Source: a virus
Taxonomy: Duplodnaviria > Caudoviricetes
IMG/VR virus record: IMGVR_UViG_2920693923_000001
Location: 32,001 to 96,000 of that record
Direction: 5' to 3' (one strand)
DNA length: 64,000 nucleotides
In this document: positions 39,330 to 49,537 of the stretch, piece after piece
Layout of the letters: each line of letters begins with the position of its first letter
Position numbering within the stretch: position 1 is the first letter of the stretch
The notes under the pieces: generated by a model
Told to the model about the DNA's origin: nothing
Seen by the model: only the letters and a program-made list of their open reading frames with translations
The model's database searches: none
Program-made: the position numbers and the translations under genes

Positions 39330-39690
39330 ACGATTGTTTGATGGTTCGCCTGATGACATAGTGGGTTATTGTAACCTACGCACCTTGTAGATTGTTCCTT
39401 GAAAAATACAAAATAAATCGGCGGTTGTGAGCTATACAAGGATCTGAGTAGATAATGACTTATAACAAAGTCGCTCCATCCAAGGATACAACTAGACAAG
39501 TGCGTGAGAACCGTACAATCAGGGAATAAACCGACTGCTAGTTAGGAATCGTAACAACTTGAGCCGTATAACTGGACTTAGAAGTAATGCTACCAGATCA
39601 CACAATAAGTCTGTCCGTTCCAAGTCGGATTAAAGCAGAGGACTTCACACAAAAACAATTTTGCACCTATGCGTAAAATAGGAGAAGGAG
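39330..39690 (+). ncRNA. structured leader / ncRNA preceding first early gene
   Basis: nested stems ACGATT/AATCGT, CCTGAT/ATCAGG, CCTTGTA/TACAAGG, GTGGGTTA/TAACCTAC; no ORF. Confidence 0.45.
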
Positions 39691-39696
39691 TACATT

Positions 39697-40287
39697 ATGT
39701 CAAAGAATCAGATTAATTTTTCAAAAATGAGCAAAGAAGCAACTACACAGTTAAACACTTTTAAAGAATCCGCACATGCGATTGCTGTAGAAGATTTACG
39801 GTTCAAAGCTGAGATTAAACCACTTAAAGCACAGTTAGAATCTATTCTTGCAAACCGTCAAAATGACATTGATAATGGCATGAATGTTGATGATGTTATT
39901 GCAAAATTTCCGCGGATTGAAGTGGATAATGCTATTCGCAAGGCTGAGACAGCACACAAAGCTATTGTTGAGCCACTCTCAAAATCTATGAAAGATACTT
40001 ATACATTCATTCCAGACGGTATGCATGACGCTTACACTAAAAAAATCACTGAGCATAAACGTGGTGACTTTCTTACAGCCATTAAAACATTCCTTGAAAA
40101 CTTAGGTATTGAAGGATGTTCTCAGGCTCAGATCAGCAAACTGGCAGAAAATATGTCTGATATGTTTGGAGCAAGATACGCTCAGAGTAAGAAGATTGTC
40201 AATGATAATATACTTGTAACAGCTATTAGCAAAGCACAGTTTAACAAACTTTTCATGGCTGTATTCTGTGAAATGTATATCAAATAA
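39697..40287 (+). CDS. first early-region protein, unknown function
   Basis: 196 aa; strong GAAGGAG RBS. Confidence 0.75.
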   Translation: MSKNQINFSKMSKEATTQLNTFKESAHAIAVEDLRFKAEIKPLKAQLESILANRQNDIDNGMNVDDVIAKFPRIEVDNAIRKAETAHKAIVEPLSKSMKDTYTFIPDGMHDAYTKKITEHKRGDFLTAIKTFLENLGIEGCSQAQISKLAENMSDMFGARYAQSKKIVNDNILVTAISKAQFNKLFMAVFCEMYIK

Positions 40288-40344
40288 GTAGCTTGTAAAC
40301 ATGCAATAAATCCGCTATACTGTAAGTAGGAAGGCGGTGAAAGG

Positions 40345-40485
40345 ATGGAAGAAATGAGTAGTCGTGAAATGTATAACTTAATAATCAAACTTGAAAAAGA
40401 GGGAATGAGTGCCGAAAAAATCATTGAAATCATCAAATTTATTGAAGAGAATAAACTAACCGAAAGTCAACTAAATGATAAATAG
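40345..40485 (+). CDS. 46-aa protein (MEEMSSREMYNL...) with own promoter and terminator
   Basis: TTGTAA-17-TATACT upstream; GAGCAGAT/GTCTGCTC hairpin plus T-run downstream. Confidence 0.55.
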   Translation: MEEMSSREMYNLIIKLEKEGMSAEKIIEIIKFIEENKLTESQLNDK

Positions 40486-40611
40486 CACATAGTTAGAGGA
40501 GCAGATCAACACAAAAGGTCTGCTCTTTTATAGTGCACATTATCACAAATTACTTGTGAATCACACAGTTATGTGATAGAATGGAGGTGTATCTAATGGA
40601 GGTAAAATAAT

Positions 40612-40899
40612 ATGATTGTATATAAAAAATTAGAAAAAATATTGCAAGATAGAAATATGCAATGGAAATCATTGTGCGATGCTGGAATTTCTGTAAATAT
40701 GCCAGCTAAATTTTCAAAAAACAAACCAATGAATACGGACATTATAAATAAAGTCTGCGAATATTTGCAAGTCCAACCATCTGAAATTATGGAATGGATA
40801 CCAGATGCAGAATATAACAAGGCAAACGAAGAAATTGCATCAATCGAGCAGCAAATAGCAGAACTAGAGGCAAAGAAAAAGCAATTACAAGGCAAATAA
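40612..40899 (+). CDS. Cro/C1-type HTH regulator (HTH_26-like) with C-terminal coiled coil
   Basis: IVYKKLEKILQDRNM...INKVCEYLQVQPSEIMEW; TCACA-N6-TGTGA site in its own promoter. Confidence 0.85.
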   Translation: MIVYKKLEKILQDRNMQWKSLCDAGISVNMPAKFSKNKPMNTDIINKVCEYLQVQPSEIMEWIPDAEYNKANEEIASIEQQIAELEAKKKQLQGK

Positions 40900-41393
40900 T
40901 AATGCGTCATAAACGCACCACAAGCACCCATTATCAAATAGGGTGCTATTTTTATACAAAAAAAATAAATAGTATCCAGTCAAAAAGGCAGAGTAAAAAA
41001 TACTCTGTCTTTTTTAGTGCATACTATTAGCACAAAATAAAACAAAAAGGAGAGTTGATTAAAATGGCAAAGGTAAACGTAGTATGGAAAGGAATGTATG
41101 TAGGCACAGAAAAGATGTCTACCGATCAGATCCGCAAGGCAGAATATGCAGGTTTTACAATTACATACGCAGAATAAATCTGTGTACGGATAGTGAGTTC
41201 GATTATAACTCACACAACTACGGATGCAGATTTAAAGGCAAATGTAGTTATTACATAGTAAAAGGCAGACTATTTCGGTCTGCCTCAATCCCAAGAACAC
41301 AAAATGAATTGAATAAAACATATTTGCGTTGCACACAAATTATAAACGATTCAAACGCAAATTACAAGAGTGAATAATAAGGAGGAAGCAATC

Positions 41394-41573
41394 ATGGCAA
41401 ACTGGGCAAGAGAAATCATGGTGTTAGCAAATGATTTTTGTTTAAACACATCAAAGGCAAAAGAAATTATTAAACAGGTAGACAGTTTATCTGTTCCAAG
41501 TGGAAAGATAGAAGATTCATGGAAATATGACAGAGCATATTCACGGCTTAAACCAATGATTATGTCTGCATAA
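41394..41573 (+). CDS. hypothetical protein
   Basis: AAGGAGG RBS before MANWAREI. Confidence 0.55.
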   Translation: MANWAREIMVLANDFCLNTSKAKEIIKQVDSLSVPSGKIEDSWKYDRAYSRLKPMIMSA

Positions 41574-41672
41574 AAGAATGTAAATGTCGAGAAAGTGAAA
41601 ACTAAAGGCAAAATTATTTTAAGCGACTGCAATTAAGTAGTCGCTATTTTAATTAAAAGAAAGGTTAAAAAG

Positions 41673-42608
41673 GTGAATATTATGTGTAAGAGAGTTTATT
41701 TAACAGCAAAAGAGGCAGAAATGGAAATGCAGGAATTACGGAATAAAGAAGGTTTTACTGGAAAAATGGAAACCGATTATATTTCACGAATGATTAAGGA
41801 TGCAAAGCGAAACTCCATGATCGGAGACAAGCTTCAGCTTGTAGTAGATCCAATGTATATCCACATTCCTGAATGGCAGAGAAGATTAAAGCTTGCTAGA
41901 GCATACACAATCGGAAACACATATAACAAGTATAAATGGGATGTTCCGAAGGTACTATTCCACAAAGGCAGACTGTATGTTATTGATGGTCAGCACAGAA
42001 TATATGGCGCATTTAAAGCAAAAATGGATGCTGTTGTCGTAGAAATCATGGAATGTTCACTTGAAGAAGCGATTGATTTGTTTATTAATCAGTCCCAAGA
42101 TAGAGCAAAAATGCAGCCAATGGACATTTATAAAGCAGCTATTGCAGGCGGCAAAATAGATTATGTTAAATTACAGGAAATTTGTCACAGAAATAATGTT
42201 GCAATAAAGGGAGATGATGATAATGAAAACACAGTAGGGACGCTTACATCTATCTCAGATGGTGTTAAATTATCAAAGACAAATCCTGAATTATTGAATG
42301 CAATGCTTGTATTACTTGGAAAACTCGGTTGGAATGGATATGCAGATAGTTATAATGGAAAGGCATATACAGCGAAGATAATTCGTGCATTAAAGGCATT
42401 ATATGCTTATTGCGAAGGTAGAACAGATGAAATGGAACAGGCGTTAATTGAAAGATGTAAAGGAACAGAGTTCTTCGTGGATAATATTATGGATAAAACA
42501 CAAGCGCAGATATTTGATTATTTATCAGACATTGTGAGATATGAGATGGAGAACCCATTTAAACAGGAAAAACCAAAGCGTAAAACAAGAAAAATACAGG
42601 CAATGTAA
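41673..42608 (+). CDS. ParB/Srx-fold protein with DGQHR motif (DUF6551-like)
   Basis: WQR, LYVIDGQHRI, LFINQ motifs. Confidence 0.75.
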   Translation: MNIMCKRVYLTAKEAEMEMQELRNKEGFTGKMETDYISRMIKDAKRNSMIGDKLQLVVDPMYIHIPEWQRRLKLARAYTIGNTYNKYKWDVPKVLFHKGRLYVIDGQHRIYGAFKAKMDAVVVEIMECSLEEAIDLFINQSQDRAKMQPMDIYKAAIAGGKIDYVKLQEICHRNNVAIKGDDDNENTVGTLTSISDGVKLSKTNPELLNAMLVLLGKLGWNGYADSYNGKAYTAKIIRALKALYAYCEGRTDEMEQALIERCKGTEFFVDNIMDKTQAQIFDYLSDIVRYEMENPFKQEKPKRKTRKIQAM

Positions 42609-42631
42609 AAGAGAATAAACAACAGAAGGGA

Positions 42632-42838
42632 GTGATATTTATGGGATCTATGTATAGAAAGACAAAACAGATGCGTGATTTTGAACCTATTCTTAAACGG
42701 AATGGGTTCAGATATTTGCGAAGTCACGGAAGCCATTTTACATACATAAATACAGAAACGCATAAGAGAATTACAATTAACAAAGATCTCAATCGGATGG
42801 TGGCAGAACGATTGATGAAGGAATACGACTTAATATAG
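42632..42838 (+). CDS. hicA: HicA-family mRNA interferase (no adjacent HicB)
   Basis: ILKRNGF..RSHGSHFTY dsRBD-like HicA signature. Confidence 0.8.
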   Translation: MIFMGSMYRKTKQMRDFEPILKRNGFRYLRSHGSHFTYINTETHKRITINKDLNRMVAERLMKEYDLI

Positions 42839-42851
42839 GAGGAAAACAGAA

Positions 42852-43118
42852 ATGGAAAATACAGTACGGTTATATACATATCAGGAAGCAGTACATATAT
42901 ATAAGAAGAAACAGGCTCGTAAAAAGGCAAAAAGGAAGGCAATCATCAAACGGAAATTAATCTGGTTATTACGTGCAAATTGGACATTGCTTACCATCGT
43001 GCCAATGATATTTATATCAAAATGGTGTTTTGATGGTTCACCAGATTACATATTATACATGATTGTATATAGTTTCTTATGTATATTATGTTGCTACGGA
43101 CATGTAAAGGGATATTAA
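42852..43118 (+). CDS. small two-TM membrane protein
   Basis: basic N-terminus, two hydrophobic helices. Confidence 0.6.
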   Translation: MENTVRLYTYQEAVHIYKKKQARKKAKRKAIIKRKLIWLLRANWTLLTIVPMIFISKWCFDGSPDYILYMIVYSFLCILCCYGHVKGY

Positions 43119-43322
43119 AGCAGAAAGAAAGGATGGTTATTTTATGAATCCAGATTATGAACAAATTAAACATATAGCGTTAGAGAATGTAATGCAGAAA
43201 AAGAACAGAAAGGCAGTATATGATTTTCAGTGCCTCCACGCAGGAAAACATTGCAATAGAAAACGGAACAGAAAATAAAAGAGAATAAATGGATATTTCA
43301 TAGTGAAAGGCAGGTAAAAGTT

Positions 43323-45133
43323 ATGTATAAATGGATGTATGACAGAGTTGTAACGGAACATAGTAAAAAGTCAAAAGAAGAACTTGCACAGGAGATTATG
43401 GCATTAGAAAAAATTGAGTGCTCTGATAGATGCTTTGCAAATGAATGCCAGGCAGGGGCGACTATCTATAATATCAATGAGTTATTTTCAGCATTGAAAG
43501 AACTGAAAGCGGGATTTACATATGAAAAAGCTGCTAAAGTTTATGAGTTGATGGAATCAGCGGAGAGTAGTTGGAATTATATTAAAAGAGAAATTTCTGC
43601 AATGAATGATAATTCAAGATGTAATAAGGTATTAGAAGATTTTAAAAACAAAGTTGCCAACGCAACTGATAGTAATGATAGTATCTGAAATGCGTGTTTC
43701 ATATGGAAAGGAGAAAATAAAATGAATGAATCATTATTAGCATTATTGAAAAAAGAGGATGGTCTTGTAAGAGATGTACGGTTAAATAAGGAAACTTATG
43801 AGATGTTGAGAGATAAAAATAAGCATCTTGCATCTGAATATATGGGAAAACTAGAAGAGTCTAAAGAGGTGCTTTTGGAGTGTCGAAAAGAAATCTCGCA
43901 GTATTTGGATTTTTTGGAGGTTTTAAAAGAGAGCTAAATTCGCATTTCAAAGGAAAGGAGCAAATTATGAATAGATACTTAGTTGTGTGGTTAAGAGAAG
44001 GCAGAGAGAATGTTGATGTCATTGATAATGCTATCACTCCGCATGAAGCAGCTAATAAGGTAAGAGAAGTGCATGTAAATGCTAACGTAGTAGCAGTAGG
44101 CATTATGTTAGACAACGAACAGTGGAATTACTTGTAGTAGTTGAAACTAAGATTTACAGGGAAAAGGAGTGATAATATGTGGAATACACCACATTCAAAA
44201 ACAGGATGGAATTTAGGAACAGAAGATGAATCTATAGAATATTTTACATTAAATGGTGTAACTTGTTATCATGATTTATTAATAGATAAATATTATGCTT
44301 TTCTTGGAATAGCAGGTGATAGAAAAGTAGAATTTGAAACTATAAAAGATTTACAAAATGGAGTGAATTGGCATCCAATGAGTGTGAATTATAAGAAGGA
44401 GTGAAGGCATATGAATATTAAAGAACAAAAGGCAGAAGCGCGAGACAGAAACGATTTAATAGATCACTTAATCAAGCTCATTGAATCAGATGATAAGCGG
44501 TATTCGTTTGAGTGGTCATGTGGTAATGCAATGGAAATTTTTGATAAAGAAAAGGAAGTCGGATATGTGTTACACATTGATAAGATTGAATATGATGTAG
44601 ATGGAAATGCAACTAATTTATAACGATTGGAGTGATTAAGATAAATAATAAACCATGTGCAATTGCAGTACGAATTTATGATGAAAATGGAATTACAAAG
44701 GCAGATGTAAAAACTTCTCCATGTGATGGTTTGAGAACAGAAACAATTATCTGGACTAAACTAGATGAGCGAGAGCGGTTTTATTATAATGGGTATACGT
44801 TGTATTATGATGAACGAATCAAAAATACAAAACCTTTTGCAGAAATTAAATAATAACGCAAATCAAAGGCAGTTAGGAGAATAAATACCTAGCTGCCTAT
44901 TTTATTACAAGAAAGCAAGGTTGATTATGATGAAAAAATTTAGAAGTGCAGAAATGCAAACCGCATATAAAAATGGTGGATATAGAGAACAGTTTGCAAT
45001 GGTGAACGGAAATAAAGCAGAAATATATGTAAATGGACATAAATGTTTTAAGTTTACATATTCATCACGGAAAGAGTATCAGGATGCAAATGGAGCTACA
45101 TATGACACAGTAACAAAAAGTTGGATTGATTAG
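43323..45133 (+). other. cluster of about seven small hypothetical early genes
   Basis: ORFs 43323-43688, 43722-43937, ~43967-44137, ~44177-44404, 44411-44623, 44632-44853 and 44921-45133, each with an SD. Confidence 0.65.
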
Positions 45134-45142
45134 AAAGGCAGG

Positions 45143-46867
45143 TTGATATATATGGGTAATTTGAAAAAATTCGTAGGAGATTATGCGTATTCTTATATTA
45201 AAAACATTGCAGTAGATCAAGAGAAACTTCGTAAAGCATTAGTAACACCACAGAATGCCAGGAATGTGTTTTCTGAATTGGACGAGTTCCAGATAAAGTC
45301 CATCTGTGCTGAAATAAGTGCAAATGATACCTTTGGAACAATAAGGGAAACTACGCAGGAAGAAATCATTGAAGATTTTAAGAAGGTTGGATATGACACT
45401 GTAATTTTTGATGATGAAGAGAAAATAGCAGAATGCAAAAAGTATTATGCAGCAGGAGAAGTAATTTGCACTTATAATAATCTTTCTGGTCGTATGAGTC
45501 AGTATCATATGTTGGTTGCAATTAAGAAAGATATTGACAAAATACAGAGAAGTAAAACTCCACAAAGGGAAGATGAATATGGTACATCTATTCTTAATAT
45601 TCAGATAGCAAAAAACGGAAGTCATATGTCTATTAAAAATCGCTATAATCACACTGTAAATGAATGCGATAGTACACTTAATAATAATCTGGATTTGTTA
45701 GTTCCTGGATTACAGGCAAAGGTACTTGGATATTATAACATAGCTTCTCTTAATAAGAATAAAACCTATTATAGAAACATTGCTAAAATAAACGGAGTTT
45801 ATCTAAAATGTGTCGCAGAAGTTGAAAATGTGTATTTTGGCAACTTTGTTCTTGATAGTAAAAACGGAGTAAGATTTGCAGACAACGGAAGATATTATGT
45901 GAATACTGATCGTGATAATCTTTGCGTTCTTGATTTTCATGATAAAAAAGTAATCAAACTTTTCAATGAAAGAAATCAAATTAGTAAAGGAACTTTGTTG
46001 ACAAGAGCAATGAAAGAGAATTTGTTACATAGTGGCAATAAAGAATGTATAGATGAACTCAATATTGTTTTTGACAATGCTTTGAAAGAGTTATTACAGT
46101 GTAGAAGAAAGGCATTACAATTCCTTGCTTGTTGTTATGGTTACGATTTTCAAAAGCCATTCAAGGTAACTGGTTTACTTGGAAAATTTACAGCTAATAG
46201 TATTAAAAAAATAACAGGAAGCAATAACGGAATATTATTAGTCTGTAAGGGAACGGAGGTTCGTTGTGTTGAATTAAACACAGGGAAGTTTAAAGTAGAA
46301 GTGCCAAGAGACAAATATAAATATTCAATTGATGATTATTATGCAAAATATAACTTTGAAGAAGATAGAAAAAGCGGAAAACTTGGAGTGTTTATCATTC
46401 AGCAAGATGCAAAATATAAAAGGAAAATAAAAAGAACTTCTAGTTCTTACTATTGTTATAACAATCGCAGCTCAGATGAATTTGATAAAAGTGGTTGTAA
46501 TATCACAGAAGCAAGACAAGCGTTAAAATATCGTCTCAATACTTATAAGGCAGATAAGCGAAAAAGAGAGGTTGATTCGATTAGTTACGAAGCAGATCTG
46601 AAAGAGATTAAGGAAATGTTTCAGACATTAAAAGAAAAGCTTCTTGTTAAGTTAAGCGAGGCAAAAACTAGCAAAGACTATAAAAATATTGAGAACATAT
46701 TTGATTATAGTTTTGCATGGATGGTAAGTGATATAGAGAAATTCGAGAAGAAAGTCACGCAAAATAATTTCCGTACTATAGAAGAAGCAACTGATAGTAT
46801 TAAAAGTTTAAAGGAACAAATTGAAGTGAAAATAAGAAAGATAAACGGGAAAGAGGAGGAATATTGA
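45143..46867 (+). CDS. large hypothetical protein (574 aa) with C-terminal coiled coil
   Basis: long ORF; no motif recognised. Confidence 0.75.
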   Translation: MIYMGNLKKFVGDYAYSYIKNIAVDQEKLRKALVTPQNARNVFSELDEFQIKSICAEISANDTFGTIRETTQEEIIEDFKKVGYDTVIFDDEEKIAECKKYYAAGEVICTYNNLSGRMSQYHMLVAIKKDIDKIQRSKTPQREDEYGTSILNIQIAKNGSHMSIKNRYNHTVNECDSTLNNNLDLLVPGLQAKVLGYYNIASLNKNKTYYRNIAKINGVYLKCVAEVENVYFGNFVLDSKNGVRFADNGRYYVNTDRDNLCVLDFHDKKVIKLFNERNQISKGTLLTRAMKENLLHSGNKECIDELNIVFDNALKELLQCRRKALQFLACCYGYDFQKPFKVTGLLGKFTANSIKKITGSNNGILLVCKGTEVRCVELNTGKFKVEVPRDKYKYSIDDYYAKYNFEEDRKSGKLGVFIIQQDAKYKRKIKRTSSSYYCYNNRSSDEFDKSGCNITEARQALKYRLNTYKADKRKREVDSISYEADLKEIKEMFQTLKEKLLVKLSEAKTSKDYKNIENIFDYSFAWMVSDIEKFEKKVTQNNFRTIEEATDSIKSLKEQIEVKIRKINGKEEEY

Positions 46868-46868
46868 T

Positions 46869-49341
46869 ATGCTGAAAATTGAAATTAAAACAGGTGGTGC
46901 AGCTTATAGAAATGAAGATGGCGAACTTGACAGAAGTGCATATGAGTTAAGGCGAAATTTAAAAGAAATTGAAGAAAAACTTGAATACGGATATCAAGCT
47001 GGTTACATAATGGATATCAACGGAAATAAAGTTGGTAATTGGACACTTGAAGATTAGCAGGAAATTGTAATTTCAGGAGGTAATAAACATGGCAGAAAGA
47101 TACATAAAAGAGTATGCAAATGATTGTAAGAGAAAAATTGAAGAAAATAATCTAATTAGGAGTAATTTAAAAAATAAGATAATTGCAAAAATCAATAAGG
47201 CTGTAAAGCTAAGGGATAAAGAGCTGATTACAGCAGATGAAGCGATTAAAATAATATTGGAACGATTTGAGGCTTAATACAGAGAATAATAAGGCAGACG
47301 CAAACAAATGTGTCTGTCTTATTTTATTGGAAAGGAGAATGTGAAATGAAACAGAATCAGGTTTGCTATTACATTGAAGATAGTCAGTTTGCAATGTATG
47401 TATCATATGGAATATATGAGTATAAAACAATGTGTACTCACAAAGTATCACGGTTGAAAGCACCAGAAATCAGATTAATAAATGGAGTCCCATTTGATGA
47501 TTTCCAGTCAGAAACGGAATTTAAGAAAGTTCCTAAAGGATGGACTTATAGCACAGATTTATATACAGTCACAGAGGATCTGGAAAAGAAAAAGAAAATT
47601 AATGTTGCAATGAAAGGCAGATACATCAAAAATCCTTCAGATATTCAGTGGTTATTTGATAATGGTTATCTTGTAAAAATGGAAGATGTAGAACCTATTA
47701 TTGAACCTGAGTTTGATCATAATACATATAGACTTGTAAAAAAATATCCTGCATGGACACAGTGTTATGGAAGTCATAATGATGCATATCCAAATGAAGT
47801 GTTCGAGACTTATGAGGCTGCTGAAAAGCGAATGGATGAAATTAAGGAAAATAGGCATAGAAAAGCGGTTGAATGTGCATTATTAGACTTTTATGAGAAT
47901 TTAGAATGGGCATTAGAAAAATATGAAGCTGAACATGGTGGAAGAGAAATTGAAAAAATAAGGCAGAAAATTTTAGCAAGACCACATTTAGATGACATTA
48001 TGTTTAGATACTACAAGGGAGAAATTCTTGTCGTATCAAGGGAAGCACATAGAAAAGACACACATATTGAATGGGAAAAGATAGCATAGAAAGTGAGGTT
48101 GATTGATATGTTGGAAAGTTATGTTATGGAAAGTGCAGATTATGCAAAGATTAAGAAATTAATGACACTACACAATATGGAAACATTTTGGGATGACGTT
48201 AGAAAATTCACAAAGAATGTGAGATCGGATCATAGTTTAGGTAGATGGCAGATATTATCAGAAGCGAGATATGGTGAATTAATGCAAGCGAAACGTAGTT
48301 TTTATGAAGATTAAAATGAGGTGATTGATAATGATATGTGAAATAAGCAAGAAAATATTAAATGAAGTATATGGTGGAGATACAAAAGAATCAAGAGAAA
48401 AAGCGATTAAAGATGGATATTTTATGGAATGGACAAAAGAAAGAATTAAAAATGCATTTAAAGCAGGAAATGGAACAGAAAAGGATTTAAAAAGATATAT
48501 GAATGATAATAAACAATATTGTGTATTTGTAGAAATTTAAACCCAGTTGATAGAACTGTTTCTTGAAAAGAAAGTGAGGTACAAAATATGAAAACAATAA
48601 TTAATAGAAGCGAATGTAAACCATTAAGTGACAACATTGAAGGTAAGTTGGTAGTAATTAAACCAGATTTTTTCAAACCAGAATTTAGAGAAGCAAAATA
48701 TCAGATTGTACTTGCAACTGGAGGTTTTGGTTGTGATGCAAATAAGATGGGAAATGCGGTATATATAGAAGAAGTTCATACTGATAATCCAGAGCATTAC
48801 AGACAGGAAAGATACAACCTTATTGGTGAACCAACAGAAGAGATTATTAAGGAATGGAAATCAATGTATGGTGAATTTAATGAAAAAGTACAGAAAGCAT
48901 TGGAGGTGTAGGAATTATGATGACAAGAGAAAGATTTGCGGAGACAAACTGGAAAATGAGTTATGAGGAATATCAGAAATGCTATTGTCCTGAATGTAAA
49001 AAAGAAGAATGTCCACACAGAGGAGCAATAAGAAGAGTACCTGAAATTGATGGTGGACTTGGTTTATGTCCTAATCTGAAGGGAGAGTGATTAAAATGGT
49101 AGTAGAACGTAGATGTATTAATCTTTATTCTGATATGAATCCGTGGATGAATTTAGTTTTATTGGTAAATGATGAAGATTTTGATAAGGCAAAAGAAGTA
49201 ACAGAAAAAGCCTTTGATGATTTTTGGAATGATCCAAAAGTTGAAGAAGAATGTTGGTCTTATGGAGATTGGATTGGATGGAAACTGAAAGAAGTAGGTA
49301 TCGAATATGATATGTATTTTAGAGATGGAAAGGATGATTAA
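46869..49341 (+). other. cluster of small hypothetical early genes, including a ~250-aa ORF (47346-48089)
   Basis: co-oriented ORFs with SD sequences. Confidence 0.65.
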
Positions 49342-49537
49342 AATGTGCAAACATAAACCGAAGAATCTAAGAGAATTTGAACCGATTCTTAAGGCAAATG
49401 GCTATCACGAAATTAGAAGTCGTGGTAGTCATTTTATTTATGGAAATGGAAAGAATCAGATTACAGTGAACAAGGATTTGAATAAGATGGTTCAGTTACG
49501 GTTGATTAAAGAGAATAACTTAATGGAGGTGAAATAA
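49342..49537 (+). CDS. hicA: second HicA-family protein (no adjacent HicB)
   Basis: REFEPILKANGY..RSRGSHFIY...ITVNKDLNKMV; clear paralog of 42632-42838. Confidence 0.8.

Noticed and set aside
5751-42608. Dnd DNA phosphorothioation system (desulfurase as DndA, DGQHR protein as DndB, ATPase as DndD)
   Set aside because: The three genes are scattered over 37 kb in unrelated operons, no DndC/PAPS-reductase or DndE is present in the window, and the ATPase is far too short for DndD.
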